From contig CM060734.1 of assembly GCA_030704615.1 (NCBI GenBank), positions 49,228,001-49,292,000 of the forward strand: a stretch of 64,000 nt of DNA. Direction: 5' to 3'. The position numbers were made by a program, and so were the translations under genes. Positions 14,520 through 27,059 of this stretch are shown here, piece after piece. Source of the stretch: Takakia lepidozioides (taxonomy: Eukaryota; Plantae; Bryophyta). Under the pieces are notes generated by a model. It was not told the DNA's origin, searched no databases, and saw only the letters and a program-made list of their open reading frames with translations. Position 1 is the first letter of the stretch; each line of letters begins with the position of its first letter.

Positions 14520-15002
14520 CTATTCCAAACTGAAGGTGGGATTGGGCAGTGTCTGTCCTATCTTTCTCTTGCACCAATCTACAGTAAGACTCCTATAACT
14601 GGATTGCCATAGGCTGTGAGCAAGCCCAGGACAATTTTGAGCTTAGTTTCATCCCTAGTAGGTTCACCCAACTACCAGCAGTGAGGACTAGCAATCTAGG
14701 AGGGACAATGCCGGCTTGAGAAGCTTTACAGAGAAGAGATCTTATACATGAGCTGCCTTAGTTGTAATGTGAACGAGGGAAGGCAACTAATGGCATTGAT
14801 TGTTGTGCAGGTATATTGAACGTTAGAGAGATTTGGTGTCGCTCCCACAGTGCTTGCAATGCTTGCGGCATTTGCAAAGGTCTGAAATTTCTCCCCGTGG
14901 TTTCTACAATCACTAACATCATAAGCTTTAGAAGACCAACACATTTGATAAAGCACAAGCATGTCATTCTGATTGCTAACCTGAGTGTCTGAACAATATA
15001 GC
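14520..15002 (+). repeat. Diverged duplicate of blocks 8775-8943 and 11812-12062, joined end to end
   Basis: 14520-14693 matches 8775-8943 (CTATCTTTCTCTTGCACCAATCTACAGTAAGA; CAGCAGTGAGGACTAGCA). 14716-15002 matches 11812-12062 (TTTACAGAGAAGAGATCT; ATGGCATTGATTGTTGTGCAGGTA; ATAAAGCACAAGCATGTC). Confidence 0.85.
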
Positions 15003-15419
15003 CTCTTGCATACCGAACCTTATGAACTCTGCTTCAATTTGTTCTTTTAAGATGCTTCATCCTATCCCCCTATCCACAAATGTCGACTCTGCTTTGCCAG
15101 TGTAGACAAGAAAATGTCTATAAGTTGTGTGCGGTAGAGCCCCTTGCAGATACTGCCCCAGGTTATCAAACAAAACACATTAAAATTTTGCTCAGAGAGA
15201 TGTAGACCTGTGAATGATCAAGTTCCCATCAAGGTGTGCAATATGCTTGTGAATTTTAAGGAGTCTGTTTGCATGTAACTGTTGGATTACAACTCTGGAC
15301 AATTACGTTGTTGCACAGTACATAAGAGACAAGAATATATACACTGTTGGAGGCAGGGTTAATAGTTAATTTACAAAGCTGATACAGGAACTTACCGATG
15401 TCCCATGTGTAGTCTTCAT

Positions 15420-17500
15420 TAGAAGGCCAAGATCTAGGATTGCGTTGTCTCTGAGATGTGCAGGTGAGAGTGCAAGCAGCCAGCAAAGTTACTCAAATTC
15501 TTGAGATTTGGTTGGATCATCCAAGGGTGGCTGATGCCCTCCCTCTTGTGGAAAGCTCAAAGATTGAGGCAGTGGATGTGATCCACGATAACACCGGACC
15601 TTGTCCTGTATCAAGTGGCAACTACTGCTACAGATGCTGCGAGCTGATTCCTCCAAGCTCTGCATCATGGCAGATCTGAGAGACAACTCATTCAGCCTCT
15701 CTGACCTTTTAAATGCAATTACCCGGAAGGGTCGAGACGGATATCGATGCATACGTCCATTTGGCAGCAGACTGTAGGTTAGGTGAGAAATATCTCCAAA
15801 GAAGTTTGCTATGTGTGACATGTTCGTGATCGTTCCATTGTTGATCTTTTATAGCAGACGAGGATCTGTCAAGCTGATTCATAGTACTGACAGATATTTA
15901 TATTGTTTGGTGACAGAGAGCTATTCCAGGAAGGACTTGACTTCCAGATCCTGGACCTCAGCCTGACGGCTACTTCCATGCTATGCCAAAGCTGGCAAAG
16001 CTCTCTATATGTGGCACAAGCATTGCAAATCTATGGACCAACTTGTGCAGCACTTCTCAAACGACCTTCACACTTGGAACTTTGCAAGTAGGAAATCATC
16101 CCCTCCTTCTGCCCCCTCATTGGAGTCAATATCGGCAGTTTTGATGGTTGAGGAATGTCATCTCAGTTCATCTTAACTATCATGCCCTTTTCAAATCGAT
16201 GCTTTTGGACGAAAGCCATTCACCATCTGGACATCTACAGGAGGATTGTAGGTTCATACTTCCATTTTGCTAAAGCCTTCGAAGCCCCTCAGGTAAGTAA
16301 AGTTGCTGCAAACTGCTCATGGGGAAGATTCTCTTAAAGGACTTGATTCGGCTGAAAATGAGATATTTGGCAATGTTACAAAATATTCCTGTAGCTGAAA
16401 TTTTGAAAAGATAGATTGAGACTGATTAGCCAGGGAGTTGGCATATTATGTGCAATAACATGCTTGAAATGCCAGGTTTTAGAGGAATGTTCATGGGTAC
16501 TGGTCATAAGTTTAGTATAGGCAGGCCTGCCAAACTCTATCCTAAAGTTGTTCTTACTGGATGTATGACCCTCAATGTTGTGGTTATCTTGCAGGCACTG
16601 GACAGATCACCCAATCCGGGAGGACTGTCTTCTCCAGAAAGTTGAAAGCATTGGCACAACCAACTTCCACTTTCCCATCTTCTTCCCCATCTGTATTTTT
16701 GATAATTGTAGCTAGTTTGTATCAAAAAGTTTTGCTCACTTCTTATGGATTTGTTGATGAGCCTGCAGATTGACCCCAACCAATGGTCATGGAACTTCCG
16801 AGACTCCTAGCTTCATTCTTTCAGTATGTACAACCAAAGAAGCCTTCAGAACCCTGCTTAAACTTTGCAATTCAAGGTGAGATGGGAGAGGACAGTAAAT
16901 GGCCAGGCTATAACTTCATGTGTGGAGACTGGAATTCGATATGGGAGTTGGGTTTATGGGCACAGATCTATGGCAAAGAAGGCAATAGCTGCTACCATAT
17001 GTAATGACATTCTTCTTTCTGTGTACATACTACCACAAAACATGCAAGCTATCACCCAGCAAGTTCCACTGAACTGTAGCGATAAGAGTACTTGTAAAAT
17101 TGTGCAATATTCCAGTAGCCTTCAATCCTCAGCAGGCACCCACGCTTGTGAAATAGGCAAGCACGGAACTGGTAAATTGGACAACGGGTTCAAAATGGTC
17201 ACTTTGGGAAACTGTGGTTAGGAGTTAGGACTGAGGAAATCCCTCAGAATACAACGGATTCCAGTTTGTGGGCCCCTACTGTACACATGTGTAGCTGAAA
17301 GAGGCCATCTTCTAATTTCAGACTCTTGGTGTTAAGTATTGTTTGTTTGGAATCCACTGGGCATCCAAAGATAGCCCTACAATCATTCTGTGATTCAATA
17401 ATTCCTCAGTCCAGACCAACTGTCCAGTTGAGAGTGGCTTGAGTGATGGAAGCCCATGCGAACACAATCGATCGGAGTTGGAGCCATGATGAAGAACACA
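15420..17500 (-). pseudogene. Heavily decayed malectin-like/LRR receptor kinase remnant
   Basis: Scattered minus-strand fragments in the expected order: IDC (~17470), LRR-like SGEDSPPGLGDLS (~16630), kinase-like MEVAVR (~15975), and LTCT..NPRSWPS (~15450). Many stops and frameshifts. Confidence 0.4.
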
Positions 17501-20500
17501 TCAGTTCATAAATCTGGGTTGCTCACCAACACATTCTTCAAGGACCCAGCATAAACATAACGCAGAAGCTAATGGGTGGATTACACGTTGGGAAGTGTGT
17601 GTAGATCCAGACTCTTATATCCCTGCCCTTGGACTAGCCACAGTGCTGCACTGCAATGCACTTCATAGCTTCTTTATGAGAGACTCTAGATCTCGAACAT
17701 ACTGTCTACAGTCTAGCAGGCTTGAATCTCGATAGTTGCTACCTCGCCATCAGTTTCAGCTAACCAATTCGGAAGGATTAGCAGACCATTAACAAGGGTG
17801 TTCAGCTTTCAAGTTTGAGCGCCAGTAGACTTTATCTACTTATTAGAAATTAGAATTTCGTTGGGGGTAAGTGGTAGGAGAGTACTACAGCAAACACATT
17901 TAGTTGTGTAGTTTTCAAAGTAGAAGAAATCGAGTTTTATTATAACATGGTGAAGAGTGGTGACGAATAAGGGAGCAAGCTCTGCGGTATGGAGAGTGAG
18001 AAGCAACATGAAGAATATTTGCATGATTCTCTTCGCTTTTTGTGTAATGTCGATTACAAACTGTAGTACGTACAGCATGCAGTCCCTTGCTAGTCCCTCT
18101 CCAACTGACTTTTCCCTGCCCTTTCATTCTGTGTAGTCGGCTTTGTGGATCCGCTGGACTTCAACTTTATCAGTATGTATTCTCATGTAAGTTCAGAAGA
18201 AGTAAGAGATAACTTAGAGCCGAGCAGTTGGGCGATCGAGTTCAAGGTTTTCAAGAGCTGAATTGTCAGTTTGAGTGTTAACTTCCTGCGGCATGAGCAC
18301 AGTTTGCTGTCGAATATCATTACTTGAGAATGGAGCTGGTCCCTGACTGAAGACCTGATGAACTGTGCATACAGCCCAGACGAGGTAAGTAGCTAGCTTG
18401 CATTCATAAGAAATTGTGTCTTACGCATAACTGAGCTTTAACGCATCAACCCACTAGAACTATGTGCAAAGCTTCAAATATACCGATGTCGAGACCGATG
18501 GCCTTTCGTTGCAGCTTATGCGCAGTCTCCTAGAATCCCGGCTTCGATCTTGCTCTCAAAGCTAGCTCCTCAGAAAGATGCTGCACCGAGAGACAGATCG
18601 TTCGGCAGAAGGCCAGTAAATGTTGTTGCATCTTGAGAATCTCGGGCCTGTTAGTATGATGCTCAGGAATTCTGGGTGTATGTGCTAGATTTTAACGAGC
18701 TAGCGATTTTAGACCTGTTCTTTTCTGATTTTTTTGTGGGTAAGTCCTAGATACCTTCCGTGTAAATGCACGTCTCTGATGGAATACGGGCTTTCGGTCG
18801 ACTTGTTGCGTCGGGTGCAAGAGGATTGATGATTTGGAGAACTGTCAAATTCGTTCATCATTTCTAGCGTGATCTTGTGATACGTATATTCTCCATTCTG
18901 ATACATCTCTTAATGGTATGGCTCAACCTCTGGACAAAGATCGTGTGCAATGGCTAAGGCAGAGGCTTTAGTGTGGGTTATATTCCACTGGTCAACACTG
19001 ATCCAAGGAGCCTTCGCAAACGGAGGACAGTCCTTCATACCGGCAAAACCATTGGTGCCGGCCTTCTTTGTATTTGGGGACTCTCTTGCTGACCCAGGCA
19101 ACAACAACAACTTATATACAGTGGCCAAGGCAAACTACTTACCCTCCGGAAAAGACTTCGACACACACATGCCAACAGGAAGGTTTTGCAATGGACGCAA
19201 TGGAATGGATGTCCATGGTGAGTAATGTATGCTGGTCACATGGCCTTGCAAATTTCTGCAGCTCCACGAAGAAACATCGAATTTCAGTTGGGTACACTTG
19301 ATACTGCATGTCTATTCATGCCTCAAACATATCGTCTTTGATACCATGCAGTGAATGTAAGGGGTACTGTCTGTGGATTCAGATTAGAAAGTGGAAGGAT
19401 TTTGGTTAGACTTCCGAAATTTCCTTGAAACGTGGTCAAGGTTTGCATAGAGATTTGAAAAGCTTCAACTCTATAAAGTTTCTCACATGTAATCTGTTGT
19501 GCATGGCCCCGAACTAATGCCTACCTAGGCTGTTGGCTAACTGGCAGCTGAGTTCTTGGGTTTGCCCTTGGTGCCACCATATCTCGATCCCGCAACGAAA
19601 GGTGGACGGCTACTACAGGGCGTGAATTTTGCATCAGGGGGCACTGGCATCCTCAACCAAACTGGCTTCGAAGCTGTACGTTTGTCAGGTTATGTCTTGA
19701 CGAAGACTTCGTAAATGGTTTAGTTGACGTTCAATGCATGCTCGCCCGAGTTGGAAATTTCCCTGTGTCAGGTTTTCAAGAAGACTAACGGATGATGTTG
19801 GCAGGACGAAGTTAGTCCATTGTCATCGCAGATAGAGGCCTTCCAGAAAGTGAAGGAAGAAATTTCTGGGATGCTTGGGCCCGAGGCTAGCCGTAAGTTC
19901 TTTGCCGACTCATTCTTCTACATCGTCGCTGGGGGTGACGATATACTCAACGGATACTATGGCCTTGTGCCAAGCGAGCTGCCCAACCTGTATACACCGT
20001 CTGAGTTTGAAGACCTACTTATATCAACGCTCTCTTCTCAGATTGGGGTAAAATCCTATATTCTCGATGGCTTCGAATAGCACTGCAAATGTGCATTGCA
20101 GTCAAGCTTGTGTGTAAACTTATTGATCTATTGGAGGTGAAATGCAGCTCTGAAATGTAGATCTTCCTGGTAGGGCGTGCAGATTTCTAACAGTGGACCG
20201 AAGTCAACTGGTATATGTGAAATTGAAGTTGAGTCCTTTCAAATTTCCTCAGGACTTTGTTGTTGCAGTTTCTCTACAGCCTGGGGGCCAGAAAGATTGG
20301 AGTGGCTGGTCTTGCACCACTGGGGTGTGTCCCCTAACAGCTCAGCAGGTACCAGAGCGTGGGGGCATGTGTGCCTTTTCCAGTGCCCTAGTAAGCATGG
20401 TCGCTAACTTGAGCGCCAGGCTGCCAGGGTTAGGGGTGGTGTCCACCCATTTTTTCTCTATGCTCCTCGATGAAGTCCAAAATCCTCCAGCTTATGGTGA

Positions 20501-21245
20501 GTGGAAAAACTACCATCTTGATTGTCATAAAATTCTTATACAGTCCATGTTGAGCACGGTCAGGGCATGTTTCAGTTCAGAGAGTGGATGTTGCAGAGAC
20601 ATCACTTGAGATTGTGACTTGCTTAGAAGACACAGTCCTGAGAGGCTCTCAACGCCATCCGTCCTACATACATAAAGAGATGAATCAAACATTCAATGAC
20701 TTTGCAGGATTTTTAAATGGAGATACCGGATGCTGTGGCTCTGACAGCTTTGGAGGATGCACCGAGCTCAACCTCTGCCAGAACACCCGAGACTACATAT
20801 GGTGGGACTGGTTCCATCCGACTGACAAGATGTCCAGAGAGCTCATGCAGGCCGTCTTCTTCAATGGCCCTCCCTTCAGTATACCAGTGAGTGTGCAGCA
20901 GCTAGTGCTTTCGTAATGTGTCTCTTCTCTTACAAAACATCTCCACACTTGGTCTATCATTACTTCATCTGTTCCTCAAAGTGAGAGCTGACACCCTTGT
21001 ACAAACCCGTGTCGCCCATTCTTTGTCTCAAGTTAGCTCCTTGAGTGAGGTGTCTTCTATTCTTTTGGTTTGTAGCTGAGGAGGTATTTGAGGCTGACTT
21101 GGGGCCAGCCTTAATACCCCCTTTGTAAATTAGGCCCTTACCTGAGGGGGTCTCTTGATAATAAACGGATTTCCTGTTCTGCACCGGAGTTCAAACCCAG
21201 CATCCCCTGTTGGTCCGCTTCACCTTGTCGCAATGATCCACATGG
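17145..21245 (+). repeat. Segmental duplication, copy 1 (pairs with 49012-53575)
   Basis: Colinear high identity across upstream DNA, introns, exons and downstream DNA, e.g. GAGTTAGGACTGAGGAAATCCCTCAGAATACAACGGATTCCAG and TTCACCTTGTCGCAATGATCCA occur in both copies. Confidence 0.95.
18950..20916 (+). pseudogene. GDSL esterase/lipase, disabled copy; exons 18950-19217, 19548-19675, 19805-20047, 20269-20496, 20708-20916
   Basis: FGDSLAD, TGRFCNG, GVNFAS and WDWFHPT motifs with GT-AG introns. In-frame TAA at 20335-20337 (TCA in the paralog) and a 25-nt deletion in exon 4 (228 vs 253 nt). Confidence 0.9.
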
Positions 21246-21283
<38 letters not shown>

Positions 21284-21767
21284 CTGTTTTTTCCTTACAG
21301 AACAGGGGACAGAGCCCCTGGGAATTTATTAAGGTAACGAAAAAATAACCTTACAATGCCATGAAGGCTGAGAATTGAGGTTCCACTCTGAGCCAACAGT
21401 TCAGGAAAAAGTGAAGAGAGAAGAATATTAGGAGAGAGAAGGAGTGGAGCCGAGGCAGCATCCAGTACTGATACTACACAAAGCCTTAAGCATTAACTAG
21501 CACTTAGCAGAAGCATTAAGCACTACATACTGCCCCTTTTCCGTTTAGGAGCATCAAAAGATAATTGTCCTTTTGATTTTCCTTTCCTAAGACTATGCCT
21601 ATGCCGCCAATTCACCTCTGCTTCATCAGCCTCCAGCGGAGAGCAGTTTGTTTTAAAACATAAAAAACAAGGCGTGACATACACGAAGGCCCTGCCATTA
21701 TATTGATAAGGCATAGATTTATATTTTCTTAATATAAATCTGCCTGTATTTCAAAGTTTTTGTGGAG

Positions 21768-22034
21768 CAGTGTTTTTTTTAGGGCGAAAATTTGCCAAAT
21801 GGCGACCTCAAAACATTAAAATAGAATATTCTGTCGTAAATTCCATGGATGAAATCGTCAAACTTCTACAAGGGAAAGAAAAACAATGGATGAATTTGCC
21901 AAATATGGATGATATAAATGGATGAAAGTACATAGGAGGATGATTCTATCCAAATTTTCAATGGATGAACAAAATATATAGCTATTTCTAGTAGCCACTC
22001 GTGCTATTTTTCAAATTTAAGAAAACAGTCACTG
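21768..22034. mobile_element. Non-autonomous hAT-like MITE
   Basis: Termini CAGTG...CACTG. The 8-bp flanks TTGTGGAG (21760-21767) and TCGTGGAG (22035-22042) match 7/8. AT-rich interior with repeated ATGGATGA. Confidence 0.7.
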
Positions 22035-22539
22035 TCGTGGAGTAGGTCAACTTAGGGATGTTTGTTATTTTAATGCTGTTTTCATTTCATAATACGAGGG
22101 GAAAAAAAAACATTTGTAATAAGAGATGGAGCAAACATGATTTTTAAGTCAAATTGAGGTCTAAGACTTGTATTCAATAAAAATAAAATAAATGGATTAT
22201 ATTGGTATACTTGATTCATCGAATTCATAAATCGATATTGGTGTTAATGATTGGTAATGTGTATATCGTACCAACCTACGCTATTCGTTGAGCCTTTGCC
22301 TGGAATATATATATATACATATATTTCAGTGGTTCAGCATGGTCTAAATATTTGCAGTTTTAACATTTATAATAATATATGGTGTATAATATAAAAATAC
22401 ATATCATACTTAAGAGCGTACGCAATCTATAAAAATAAAAATAAAAATAAAAAATGTAATGGTAGTGAGCAATTGTTGGGTTCGAATATTTAGAATTTTA
22501 ACACTTGAAGCACAATAGTTTCTTTTTTACTAACATGGT

Positions 22540-25500
22540 TAGGAAGTTTGAATGCAAGATAAACTGGTTTACGATCAGTCCAATATGCTTCAGCTGTACC
22601 AGATTTGCATAGTTAGGTGCATTTAACCATATATGGTCAAGTTGAGAGTTATAGTCTATAGTATGTTATTTGAAATTTATGAATTTGCATGTAATCTTGA
22701 AGCATGATAGATTGAGAAGTCTTTTGTAACTTATCTACATTGAAATCCTCAATAAATATCGTTGGACAACATTGTGGACAACATTGTGGTGCTCTATTAT
22801 ACATATCATCGAAATGTAATAAGAAAATTTGCAATGACATTTTGGGAGGGTTATAAATTAATGCAATTACATTTAGCCATCTTCCTGAATTTATATTGAA
22901 GGTTGCAGAAATGAATTCGGCACCATCATATGTGTGTGTTTCATGTTATGAAAGAATAGTTTTAGTGTCACATAAAATGACAGCGCCATGATCATTATGA
23001 CATGCTATATAAGAAAATTGGGAGTGATTAATGAAAGTATTCCACTTTAAATTAGGTGGTGATTGTGTTTCATTCAAGCATGAAATGTGTGAAGCTTGTA
23101 GGTTTGGATTGGATATAATATCATAATAGTATTGATTTTACGAACGAGTATTTAATGTTTGCACGACCAAGAAAGAACATCGCAATTGCGATGTGATAGG
23201 TATTGACAATTTATGTTGTGCCATTGTTGTGAGACATCTCATTTTTTCAACAACCAATTTATCAACATTGAATTTTGTAGGTTCAAGTGGGTTCAAAATA
23301 TATAAGTGATCGTTTCTCTTATTCTAGACAAAATTGTATACGTTAGACCATGTCTTGTAACACCTTTCGGATCAAAACTAGTTGATCAAAGGGCAAGCCT
23401 TGAGCACGATGTATGGTTCGGGCTGCTGCGAGTGCAGCCAATGTGCAAGCTAGTGATGTCGTAGCAGAAGGGCGGGAAGTTCTCGAAGTTAGTTCCTGTT
23501 GTTGCCAAGAGCAAGGTCTGTGGGGAATGTCACATCTAGATCTGAACCGGCTCAGTCTTACTTTGTTGGCATAGAACCCCTTGGAGGTGTTTTTCTCCCT
23601 CCCTGCAGAGATCGTAAAGCTCCGAGATCTTCATCACAGCTTATATTGGTCGGGGTTGAGATACACTTCAGATGGGGATGTGTATATCTTGGTGGAGGGT
23701 TGGACGGGGTGGTGCGGATAGAAAGGGTAGAGGTGGTAACGATGCAGCTGATGATGGCTAGAACGAATATGATAGTGGAGGCACATGAAATAAAGATCTT
23801 GCTCAGATCTTGAGCAAATTTTCCTTGAACATGTTGCCCAATGACTACTAATCGGCTTTCCACAGCTTCATCTACTGATATTGATAACCCACTTCATATG
23901 CCCAGTGGTTTGAGGTACTTGACTATTATTGCAAAAATGTTGGATGAAGAAGACTTCCGTGCATCTCAAATTGAGCTAGTGGATATTTCTTCCACCTCCA
24001 CCCACAATCCACCTAAGATAAGCTGTCATTTCATGGAGCTGGAATGGATTTAAAGGTTAGTTTCTTCTCTTATTGTACACTTTAACAATCACAGATCTTC
24101 AAATTACATATTTAACATACTATTGGCATTTTCTGTGTTGAAGACATTGGTGTGGCACATTTAAATATATCGTCTGCTCCATATCAACCCTAGGTTTTGG
24201 CTTTCTATGAAGCTGCAGCTTGTCTTCCCCGCAGCTTCTTCTCCGGGTCTGTTCCTTCCCCAGCAAACAAATGCATCTTAGTTTTTCCCACGTTGAAAGC
24301 AAAGTCCACTTACCGTACTTATATCATAAATAACAATTTATACATATGAACAATAGCGGAAATTTTGGGCCTACTATACATGCTTACTCTCCTTCCATCC
24401 ACATACTGATTGAAAGGGAATATATGCAGACAAAATCAGGGAGGATTATTATAATCTATTTTCTTGTTTTGACAATAAGCTCATTTTAAGCGCATATTAG
24501 GGGATTCGTATCAATGTTGTACGGATATGAAAACCCCAAAGGACACACACACACACACACACACATATATACAGGTCGAAAGTGACTATATGCAAATGAG
24601 CAATATTTCCATAGGAGCAATGGACAAGTTATTCTGGTGCCATTCACCAAGCCTATTTCCAGAAAAGTCTTTAGGAGCCACTAATGAGGGATGGGCCATT
24701 CAAAGCAATTCTATCGTAGTTTGCAAAGCTGCTTTGACAATGTTGGTTCTAGTACTAAACATCAAACATTTCACTTTCCTTCATCAAAGGCCCGAAGTTC
24801 GGCCTTGTTATCTTTGACTTTAATAGCTTTAAAAAATAGATTTGGAATATGATATGCAAATTTTCTATTTTGAAGAGATCCCACTTTGCAATTGTCTGAT
24901 ATAAATATTTTCTCATAACTTCTTCGGAACGCGCATGGCCAAAAAATAAAGTTGAGAAATTGTATTCTTCACGGTTACGATCTCGGAAAAGTTTCTACGA
25001 GGTTTGTATCCTTCACTCGGAGCGATTGCATATGTATTATGTTGATGATCAAAAAACTGTACCGCGTCAAGGAAATTTTCTATAAATGTGTCTGTAGGAA
25101 TATTTTTGTGCGTTTCTTCGAAACAGTCATAAGCATTTTGATTATTGTCTGGGAACTATCAGATAACTCAAACATCATTATCTTTCCAATTTCTTCTTAT
25201 TGATAGGCCATCAAGCTGATATAATAGAGATTCATATAAATCATGCAATGTTTTTATAGCCATGTTTGGCTGATCGTACCCAGTGACATGTAAGCTGAAT
25301 TATATTCAAAAAAAAATTTAAAAAAATTATTGCTATTGTTACTTCATCCGGCTTGTACTTGCAGAAGATGTTGAAGAAGTTCCAAGTGCCTTTAGATATC
25401 CGTCTGAACCAGAAAGCGCTGATCGACAAAGGCCAAGAAAGAGGACACAGGAGCTAATGTGTGCCACCAGCCTTGTTATCAGGAATGCCTGGAAATTAGT

Positions 25501-26300
25501 GAGTGCAAGCTTCCTGTCGGAAGTTAGATAGTTCATAGAGCCTTGTACAATGTAGGCCACATGCTATGTCACATCCTCGAATGCTCAGAGGCAGGAGAAT
25601 ACATGGATATTATCAATATTTGTTGGAACATTAATAATGCTATAATGTCAAATTGACCAAATCCACGCAGCTGATATATTTGTGCAAATGTCATTCAAGG
25701 GACTACAAGGCGTTTTTCCAATAGATTTAAGATATCTACTGATTTAATCACATTTTTTGGTTCATAATAATATTAAATAAGAAAATTTACACTTTTATCA
25801 TCATCAATCATAGGCCTACAAATTTTTAATAAATATGATGGTTCTATTTTCAGATCTCGGATATTTGAATTCATGTAATTTGAATGATCTGTGGGAGTCA
25901 ATCTGATTTGATATCGAAACCATAATCTGTGGCAACATATACACACGAACCTAGGAGAATCATCTATAGTATTTTTGTGTTTTCAAGGAACACACGTCGT
26001 TTTTATTTTTGAATGTTAATTTTTAGATGTCTTTTATTTTAATAGGATTTGCTTGGTTTTTAGGATTTTCACCTTTCTTTTGCAATAAATATGGATGTCG
26101 GATAATTTGTTTCAAAGATATTTTAAATGAGCATGAGAACATAAAAATTATATCTCCAAATTCTTTGGTTGAGAAAATAGGATTTTTTGTTTAGCCCTTA
26201 ATTTCCTACAAGGTGAATTTTTTCAATCCCAAAAAACCGTACACATACCTACCTACCTGGCCTCTACACCATCTCCCCAAATTTTAGGAATTTTCAACGT
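22540..26300 (-). mobile_element. Decayed Helitron of Helentron type (Rep N-terminus, Pif1 helicase C-terminus, AP-endonuclease-like domain)
   Basis: Minus-strand fragments in order: FVCICCHRLWF (~25930), LNLLEKRLVVP..FAQIYQLRGFGQ..INVP (~25700), IAPSEGYKP and FSTLFFG..NRKFAYHIPNLFFK (~25020-24830), TIHRAQGL..HGLTYTILSRI (Pif1 motifs V/VI, ~23420-23320), then TLNTRS..CLNET, YNPPK, PTIFIEDFNVD, SQLDHIW, YWTDRKP (EEP endonuclease, 23170-22560). Boundaries approximate. Confidence 0.8.
24543..24564. repeat. (AC)n microsatellite
   Basis: About 11 AC units read directly. Confidence 0.9.
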
Positions 26301-26407
26301 TGAGTTTGAGAGATTATATTGTTCTTTTAGGGAAAGTTTTTTTTTTTTTTTTTTTAATTTTAAACCTTTATTTGCTATGACCAACATTCTAGAACTGAAA
26401 GAGCTTT

Positions 26408-27059
26408 TGTCACAGACATAGCCCAAAGAAACTTACCAGGAGTAAATACCAAAAGTTATCAAGTTATCATGTTATCGAAAGTTACCGTGATCTACCATGA
26501 TCTATCATGATTTATCATAAATTACCATTAGTTACCAAATTACCGAGAGTTTACCAAATTACCAAGAGTAACTTGAAAAACTGCTCAGGAAGCTTCTTTT
26601 GGAGGAAACTTCTCCATCAAGATACCTTATTTGTTTAAGGAAGCTTCTCCATCAAGAAACCTTTGTTTAATCTTGGAAACTTCTCCAGCAAGAAGCTTCC
26701 ATAGGGGAAGCTTCTTAGGGAAGCTTCCTAGTAGCCAATATATATAGGAGACGAGATTGGACACTCTTCAGTCTCGCCAACACCAGTTCAAGCTACTCTT
26801 GTTTCCAGTTCCGAGTACTCCAGTCCAGCTCCCAGTACTCTAGCCCAGTTTCCAATATCTGGTACCCCAGTCCAGTTTCTAGCATTCCAGTATTCAAGTC
26901 GTGTTCCAATATCTTGTACTTTTGTTCATTGTTATAAAGATCGTCTTGATTCCTATTTACTCATCGTGCATACGGCCACGCCGACCTTGACTTGTTATCT
27001 AGTCTTGTACCTCTAGTCTGATCTCTTGTTTGTGTTCAGTCATGTTCTTGTCATTGACA
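26408..27059 (+). repeat. 5' LTR of the chromovirus
   Basis: TG...CA ends, TATA box at 26739-26746, near-identical to the 3' LTR apart from that LTR's insertion. Confidence 0.95.
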
